Shown in pieces: positions 58,599 to 64,000 of a stretch of 64,000 bases of DNA. The notes under the pieces were generated by a model. That model was not told the origin of the DNA. It saw only the letters and a list, made by a program, of their open reading frames with translations, and searched no databases. The first letter of the stretch is position 1. Every line of letters begins with the position of its first letter. Source of the DNA: Candidatus Binatia bacterium (GTDB lineage: Bacteria; Desulfobacterota; Binatia; Bin18). The stretch spans positions 2,272,001 to 2,336,000 of the forward strand of contig OY761159.2 of assembly GCA_963664395.2 (NCBI GenBank), written 5' to 3'. Made by a program: the position numbers and the translations under genes.

Positions 58599-59333
58599 TT
58601 AGTGTGGCGAAAACAAGTCCGTGAGCACGCGGCTCAGCTTCTGACCCATTGCTGCAATACCCGTCCTGTCCAACAATAAGCCATTATTCATTTCGATTTC
58701 GAGATAGACGAGATTATGGCGCTCGCCATGACTCCGGGCGCTAAAGATGAGACCATCATAACCAGAGTAGGGCTCGTTATATCGCACACGATAGCCGGCA
58801 TGACTCAGGCGTTGTCCGAACTCCTGAGCAAGGTCTTCGTAGTGGTCAAATAAGATACCTGAATCAAACGATCTTTTCTTCTTACCCAGGACAGGAGTAA
58901 AGCTGTGAACGCTGAGTAGAAAAACAGGCTGGGGTGCTTTTTGCGTCAGAACGTGGTCAATAGCAGCATGATAGGGCTGGTAGCATTGCGTAATGCGTTG
59001 CTGTTGGTCCGCTTCAGTCAGATTCTCATTGGCAGGAACACACGTTCCATCGCTCTCAGGAATAATGAGATCATCGTCTGACAGGTCACGGTTACAGTCA
59101 ATTAAGAGGCGTGAGTATTGAGATAAAATAGCTGTAGAATCAACATGTTGTATGATTTCTTGAACAACTGCTCGCGCACCGATATCCCAGCCTATATGCC
59201 GCCGTAACTCGTCGGGAGTAATCCCTAAGGTCTCGTATTCAGGGGGGAGCGCGTACGAGGCGTGTTCACAGGTGAGCACCACTGGAAAGGTGCCATTCGG
59301 GTTGAGAATTGTGAAGGAGGACTCTGCGCTCAC
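58599..59333 (-). CDS. N-formylglutamate amidohydrolase family
   Basis: CEHAS, HIGWDIG, SRLLIDCNR, PYH, SVHSFTP, NEPY, EIE. Confidence 0.9.
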   Translation of the reverse strand: MSAESSFTILNPNGTFPVVLTCEHASYALPPEYETLGITPDELRRHIGWDIGARAVVQEIIQHVDSTAILSQYSRLLIDCNRDLSDDDLIIPESDGTCVPANENLTEADQQQRITQCYQPYHAAIDHVLTQKAPQPVFLLSVHSFTPVLGKKKRSFDSGILFDHYEDLAQEFGQRLSHAGYRVRYNEPYSGYDGLIFSARSHGERHNLVYLEIEMNNGLLLDRTGIAAMGQKLSRVLTDLFSPH

Positions 59334-59368
59334 GTCGAATTTTCCTGCAAGTCAATTTTATAACTCTG

Positions 59369-59408
59369 TTGACAAACGAATGGGATTTAAATTAGAACAA
59401 TTTTTCTA
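59369..59408 (+). promoter_or_regulatory. Putative IclR promoter and operator
   Basis: TTGACA-N18-TAGAAC; TAGAA-N6-TTCTA palindrome over the -10, in an AT-rich divergent gap. Confidence 0.45.
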
Positions 59409-59444
59409 TTAGCAAGTGTCCTCGTTTCCAACTAAGGAGATATC

Positions 59445-60224
59445 GTGGTGCGACGAGAAAAAAGCAACTATATTATCCAAGCGGTTGCCCATGCCCTCGA
59501 CGTTCTTGAGCAATTCCATACTGATGCGGAACTCGGCGTGACTGAACTGAGCAAACGACTCACGCTTCACAAAAATAATGTTTTCCGAATCCTAGCAACA
59601 TTAGAATCACGCGGCTATATCGAGCAAAATCGTTCGACTGAAAACTATCGTCTGGGCACAAAGTGTTTGCAACTCGGGCAGACCTATATCCAACACATGG
59701 GACTGTTGCAACAGGCCAGGCCCGTCCTGTTTGATGTGGTCAAAGCCTGTCGTGAGACAGCCTATGTCACGGTTATGCGGCAGGGGAAAGTCGTGCCGGT
59801 TGACATGGTCGAACCCGACCAAGCCGTTCGGATTGTCTCTCATATTGGGGAGAGCCTGCCGCTGCACTGTACGGCTGCGGGCAAAGTACATTTGGCCTTT
59901 GAGACCAGGGAAGAAGCGCAACGTTCCCTGCCCGCTTCGCTCCGGACGCATACCGCGCAAACAATTACCGACCGTACGCTGCTTGAAGCCCAGCTCAATG
60001 AGATTTCTCAGAAAGGCTATGCGCTTGAAAACGGTGAGCATCTGACCGATGTTCAGACGGTGGCCGTGCCGATCCGAGATTACACCCGTACGGTCGTCGG
60101 AAGCTTAGCGGTCAGCGGCCCTGCCTATCGGATTGGGCTGGAACGGCTTGAGCACGAACTGGTCCCTTTGACAATCCAGGCCGGGAAAGACCTCTCCAGT
60201 CGTCTTGGTCACCCGATTTCCTGA
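59445..60224 (+). CDS. IclR family transcriptional regulator
   Basis: HTH LGVTELSKRLTLHKNNVFRILATL...YRLG; PLHCTAAGK; SVSGP-like C-terminus. Confidence 0.93.
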   Translation: MVRREKSNYIIQAVAHALDVLEQFHTDAELGVTELSKRLTLHKNNVFRILATLESRGYIEQNRSTENYRLGTKCLQLGQTYIQHMGLLQQARPVLFDVVKACRETAYVTVMRQGKVVPVDMVEPDQAVRIVSHIGESLPLHCTAAGKVHLAFETREEAQRSLPASLRTHTAQTITDRTLLEAQLNEISQKGYALENGEHLTDVQTVAVPIRDYTRTVVGSLAVSGPAYRIGLERLEHELVPLTIQAGKDLSSRLGHPIS

Positions 60225-60357
60225 GCTGTGCAGGTCAGAGGGCGCACAGCCATTCCTGACGGTTTGGTCGTGCACGCTTGACAGCCAGAGCGTGAAGCGT
60301 TGAACTGGGAGAAATTTGGTGTCGGGCCTGAAGCGAGACAGATGAAGACCATATATC

Positions 60358-60408
60358 AGAAGTATGGAGAATGACCTGCTGATTCGATTTGAGATTCTCG
60401 ATACGTCT
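60358..60408. repeat. Hairpin element, copy B (51 bp)
   Basis: AGAAGTATGGAGAATGACCTGCTGATTCGATTTGAGATTCTCGATACGTCT; 4 substitutions and 1 indel versus 23437-23486. Confidence 0.85.
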
Positions 60409-60439
60409 ATTCGCATTTTATGACAGGAGGAAAACACTG

Positions 60440-61195
60440 GTGAAAGCACTTGTGACGGTCAAACGGGTCCCTGACCCGGAGACAACGATCCGTGTGAAAT
60501 CTGATGGATCTGGAATTGAGACAGATAATATCAAATATGTCATCAACCCATTTGATGAGATCGCTCTTGAGGAAGCCCTTCGCATCAAGGAAAAGCTGGG
60601 CTCCGGTGAGGTGGTGTTAGTCAGTATTGGCGCAAGCGCGGTGACCGAGCAACTCAGGACCGGGCTGGCGATGGGTGCCGATCGGGCCATCTTAGTTGGC
60701 TGTGACCAAGACTTGGACTCCTTGGCCGTCGCCCGGGTCCTGGCCAAAATTGTTGAAGACGAAAGCCCGCAACTCGTCATTATGGGCAAGCAGGCGATTG
60801 ACGACGACGCCAATCAAGCCGGCCAGATGCTGGCGGCCCTGTTGGATTGGCCCCAAGCGACATTTGCTTCCGAAGTTGTGCTGTCCGATGACCACCGAGC
60901 CGTCAAGGTCACGCGCGAAGTGGACGGGGGACTGGAAACAATAGGCTTTGCCTTGCCCGGTATTATTACCTCTGATTTGCGACTCAACGAACCCCGCTAC
61001 GCGTCACTCCCCGGAATTATGAAGGCGCGCAAAAAAGAGATCAAAGAAATTGCTGCGGCAGACCTCGGCGTTGATATTACACCTCACTTGACGATCAATA
61101 GCCTTGAACCGCCAGTCCGGAGAGAAGCCGGCAAAAAAGTCGGGACCGTGGCAGAGTTAATTGGTCTGCTTCACGATGAGGCGAAAGTTATCTAA
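60440..61195 (+). CDS. etfB: Electron transfer flavoprotein beta subunit
   Basis: GTG after AGGAGG; VKRVPD, NPFDEIALEEA, GKQAIDDD, NEPRYASLPGIMKA. Confidence 0.96.
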   Translation: MKALVTVKRVPDPETTIRVKSDGSGIETDNIKYVINPFDEIALEEALRIKEKLGSGEVVLVSIGASAVTEQLRTGLAMGADRAILVGCDQDLDSLAVARVLAKIVEDESPQLVIMGKQAIDDDANQAGQMLAALLDWPQATFASEVVLSDDHRAVKVTREVDGGLETIGFALPGIITSDLRLNEPRYASLPGIMKARKKEIKEIAAADLGVDITPHLTINSLEPPVRREAGKKVGTVAELIGLLHDEAKVI

Positions 61196-61255
61196 CGGTA
61201 CTGTGCAACCGTGCGGGGGCGTGGTGCTATGCGATGACATCTGGAGACTAGAATA

Positions 61256-62224
61256 ATGGGAAATATACTTGTTTTTGCGGAAACTCAAAAAGGGAGCGTC
61301 CCCAAGAGTTCGCTGATTGCCATTCAAGCCGGCAAAGACGTGGCGAGTAAACTCGGCGGCGACGTGCTTGTGGCAGTATTAGGCTCAGACACCGCTGCTG
61401 CCGCGCACGAAGCGGCAGGATACGGGGCCGCAAAGGTATTGGCTGTCAATGATACGGCATTGGAGCACTATCTCGCAGATGCCTACGCTGCCGCGCTCGA
61501 ACAGCTCGTGCAGGCAAACGATGTAACGACGTTGGTGGCGACTGCTACTGCTGTGGGCAAAGATCTTTTGCCGCGCGTGGCGGCCCGACTTGGGGTGGGG
61601 ATGGCCAGCGATGTCGTGAGCTTTAATAACGATGGAACGTTGCAGCGGCCTATGTATGCCGGCAATACGGTGGCAACCGTGACGCTTGCTGACTCTATCA
61701 AGGTCGTGTCTGTCCGCAGCACCGCGTTTGACGCTGCCCAAAGGGGAGAGCAGTCCGCGGTTGAACAGGCCAGCGTGAGCCTCGATGCAGACGCAACAAA
61801 AATGCAATTTGTTGAATTCAATGAAACCAAGTCTGACCGGCCTAACCTGACGGAGGCCAGCATTGTGGTGTCTGGCGGGCGTGGCCTGAAGTCGGGCGAG
61901 AATTTCACGACCTATATTGAGCCTTTGGTGGACGAGTTGAATGCTGCCATGGGTGCTAGCCGGGCTGCGGTTGATGCCGGGTTTGTCCCGAATGATTTGC
62001 AGGTCGGGCAAACCGGGAAAGTCGTAGCGCCGGATTTATATATTGCGGTGGGGATCTCCGGTGCGATTCAGCATTTAGCCGGCATGAAGGACTCGAAAAT
62101 CATTGTGGCAGTGAATAAAGATCCCGACGCACCAATTTTCAACGTCGCTGACTATGGTCTGGTCGCCGACCTGTTCAAGGCCGTGCCCGAGTTGACCGAG
62201 GCGGTAAAAAAGGCCAAGGAATAG
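61256..62224 (+). CDS. etfA: Electron transfer flavoprotein alpha subunit
   Basis: [40 protein letters not shown]. Confidence 0.97.
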   Translation: MGNILVFAETQKGSVPKSSLIAIQAGKDVASKLGGDVLVAVLGSDTAAAAHEAAGYGAAKVLAVNDTALEHYLADAYAAALEQLVQANDVTTLVATATAVGKDLLPRVAARLGVGMASDVVSFNNDGTLQRPMYAGNTVATVTLADSIKVVSVRSTAFDAAQRGEQSAVEQASVSLDADATKMQFVEFNETKSDRPNLTEASIVVSGGRGLKSGENFTTYIEPLVDELNAAMGASRAAVDAGFVPNDLQVGQTGKVVAPDLYIAVGISGAIQHLAGMKDSKIIVAVNKDPDAPIFNVADYGLVADLFKAVPELTEAVKKAKE

Positions 62225-62266
62225 GAAACCGCGTCCGGCGAGCGCTGCGAAAAATCGGCCCACCAT

Positions 62267-62290
62267 GTAGGCCGCGGAATTCTCCGCGGC
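62267..62290. repeat. GTAG-led palindrome (REP-like or terminator) at the island boundary
   Basis: GTAG-GCCGCGGA-ATTC-TCCGCGGC. Confidence 0.5.
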
Positions 62291-62353
62291 TTCAGTCATA
62301 CATCTTGGTATGCTGGATAGTTTTGCTCAGCGTGTATCATCATATGAAAGAAT

Positions 62354-62415
62354 TATAATAGATCATATGGTCGAATTATAGCCTTGTGCTCAGATTTAAG
62401 AGATCATATGGTCGA
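62354..62415 (+). promoter_or_regulatory. TATAAT plus two 15-bp operator-like repeats
   Basis: AGATCATATGGTCGA at 62360-62374 and 62401-62415; near-palindromic core. Confidence 0.65.
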
Positions 62416-62445
62416 TTATGATGGAAATCCGTCAAAATTTATGGA

Positions 62446-62811
62446 TTGGTCGCTCCTGTGAGCATCGACGACTCGATAAGGCACCAACTTGTTGTCCTCG
62501 CAAGGCGAAGCAATGCTCGTGTGACCGAGTTCAGCCGAGACCGTCCGACAGACTGGCGGCCTGGAGAGGTCCGTGACCCGGCTGGAACACTCTGGCCTTA
62601 TTTTACCCGTACCTCGGCATGGGAACTGATTGCGGACATGCTGGAAGGTGGGCACGATGTGGAAACTATCGAACTCGAAAAGCCTCCGGGAGCCAAAGGC
62701 TATGTCATGAAAATCGATCTTGAGCCAAACAAACCACCCCTGTACGTCAAGCTCCAATTGGGCTCTGGAAAGATCATCGGGCGTAGCTTTCACTACTCAA
62801 AGTCGGAATAA
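62446..62811 (+). CDS. Putative MqsR-like (RelE-fold) toxin
   Basis: Small ORF ending GYVMK...LYVKLQL...IGRSFH, directly upstream of a Zn-finger/HTH gene; start may be GTG 62458. Confidence 0.55.
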   Translation: MVAPVSIDDSIRHQLVVLARRSNARVTEFSRDRPTDWRPGEVRDPAGTLWPYFTRTSAWELIADMLEGGHDVETIELEKPPGAKGYVMKIDLEPNKPPLYVKLQLGSGKIIGRSFHYSKSE

Positions 62812-62816
62812 GGGAT

Positions 62817-63392
62817 TTGCAAATGGAATCTCGCGCCTCGACAACCCAGGTGTCTATAGAGAACAGAGACTACGCCTGCCCACAGTGCGGAGAAAAAGGT
62901 GCGGTTACGACTTCGTCATACCTCCATACGTTTCGCTACGGCTCTGGAGAATCCGCCGTTGATCTAACGGTCGAGTTACCGCTACGCCGATGTAGCTCCT
63001 GTGAGTTTGAGTTCTTGGATGATGAAGCCGAATGCCTTGAGCACGAGGCGATTTGTGCACATCTCGGTGTACTATCACCGAAAGAGATACGTGGGATTCG
63101 AGAGGCGTACGACCTGTCTCGCAACGAATTCGTGCAGGTCACCGGGCTTGGCGAGGCGACGCTGAATCGCTGGGAAAACGGTATTATAATTCAGACGCTT
63201 GCGAATGATCGGTATCTCCGCCTTCTCGCTTTACCTCTGAACATGCAGAGGCTCAAAAGTTTTGGTTCATCCGCACAGACGTCGTCATCTAGTGTGAATC
63301 CTAACGGCGGTAAATTCCAGGCGTTGAGTGAGTCCGACATCGTTCGGCATCAACAAGGACAAGAGTCTTTCTCCTTGCGAAGGGCCGCCTGA
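62817..63392 (+). CDS. MqsA-family antitoxin (Zn finger + XRE HTH) with a C-terminal extension
   Basis: CPQC...CSSC.FEF, LSPKEIRGIRE..DLSRNEF...GLGEATLNRWENG. Confidence 0.82.
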   Translation: MQMESRASTTQVSIENRDYACPQCGEKGAVTTSSYLHTFRYGSGESAVDLTVELPLRRCSSCEFEFLDDEAECLEHEAICAHLGVLSPKEIRGIREAYDLSRNEFVQVTGLGEATLNRWENGIIIQTLANDRYLRLLALPLNMQRLKSFGSSAQTSSSSVNPNGGKFQALSESDIVRHQQGQESFSLRRAA

Positions 63393-63398
63393 CAACAG

Positions 63399-64000
63399 AT
63401 GTACGTCACCACGTTTTACTCCTTCAAGGGTGGCGTTGGGCGCACGATGGCGCTCGTGAACGCAGCCGTCGAACTTGCGAACACTGGGCGCCGAGTCCTC
63501 GTGGTAGATTTTGACCTTGAAGCGCCCGGCCTCGACACTTTCGACATATTGCACTCCAAAACTCAGGTCCCGGGAATCGTTGACTTCGTTAGTGAGTATA
63601 TAGCCTCCGGCCAAGCTCCAGAGGTCGATAGATTCATAGGAAAATCACCCGACATCGGTGACAAGGAGGGTGGATTATGGATCATGCCGTCCGGCGCGCA
63701 TCATAAGAGCTACGCCGCGCATTTCAGTCAGATTGACTGGGCTGCACTCTACGAACAGCATGATGGTTATCTGCTGTTCGAGGACCTCAAGGAGCAGTGG
63801 AAGCAGGTCCTCAAGCCCGATTATGTGCTGATTGATTCGCGCACGGGTCACACCGACACCGGTGGCATCTGTACCCGGCAGCTCCCCGACACGGTCGCGA
63901 TATTATTTTTTCCGAACGAGCAGAATTTGCGGGGTTTGACCAAGGTCGTTCGTGACATTCGCGCGGAAGCCGAGGGACCGCGCAAAAAGGAGATTGAACT
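63399..64000 (+). CDS. KGGVGR-variant ParA/MinD-like ATPase; runs off the right edge
   Basis: Missing from the ORF track; hand translation MYVTTFYSFKGGVGRTMALVNAA...VLVVDFDLEAPGL...DYVLIDSRTGHTD...FFPNEQNL, open to 64000. Confidence 0.88.
   Translation, partial: MYVTTFYSFKGGVGRTMALVNAAVELANTGRRVLVVDFDLEAPGLDTFDILHSKTQVPGIVDFVSEYIASGQAPEVDRFIGKSPDIGDKEGGLWIMPSGAHHKSYAAHFSQIDWAALYEQHDGYLLFEDLKEQWKQVLKPDYVLIDSRTGHTDTGGICTRQLPDTVAILFFPNEQNLRGLTKVVRDIRAEAEGPRKKEIE

Noticed and set aside
816-61908. Long alternative-frame ORFs (e.g. 816-1793, 4223-5167, 24253-25293, 35485-36465, 42765-43727, 55786-56940)
   Set aside because: Antisense shadows of well-supported genes in GC-rich DNA, with no motifs or RBS
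63399-64000. Chromosome or plasmid partition ParA
   Set aside because: KGGVGRT/DLEAPG/DSRTG signature and TA-operon context differ from Soj/ParA; no parB or parS seen

Overview
Gene-dense bacterial chromosome segment, about 60 CDS. I found no rRNA, tRNA, CRISPR array or transposase. The gene set (LLM/F420 oxidoreductase, Mo-hydroxylase, CoA transferases, cinA-thpR-recA-recX-alaS, phoH-ybeY-lnt-prfB, rimO-dksA, an IclR starting MVRREKSNYIIQ) suggests a deltaproteobacteria-like heterotroph such as Binatia; this is an inference. Three accessory inserts interrupt the backbone: (i) a DUF1156-type DNA methyltransferase with a PD-(D/E)xK nuclease broken by one in-frame TAG (27.6-30.9 kb); (ii) a GrpE-like membrane protein plus an Hsp70-ATPase-domain protein with a membrane hairpin in place of the substrate-binding domain, between ybeY and lnt (43.3-46.6 kb); (iii) an MqsR/MqsA-like toxin-antitoxin pair coupled to a KGGVGR-type ParA/MinD-like ATPase running off the right edge. 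The strongest candidate for an undescribed system is an ECF sigma factor (11815-12387) coupled to a three-domain protein: zinc anti-sigma, O6-methylguanine methyltransferase and Ada Zn finger. It looks like an alkylation-sensing anti-sigma factor. Also present: tandem TonB receptors, an unannotated 35-aa membrane ORF behind a structured leader, a 50-bp hairpin element found twice, REP-like elements and many in-frame 9/12-bp tandem duplications. All family assignments come from motifs read by eye; no searches were run.
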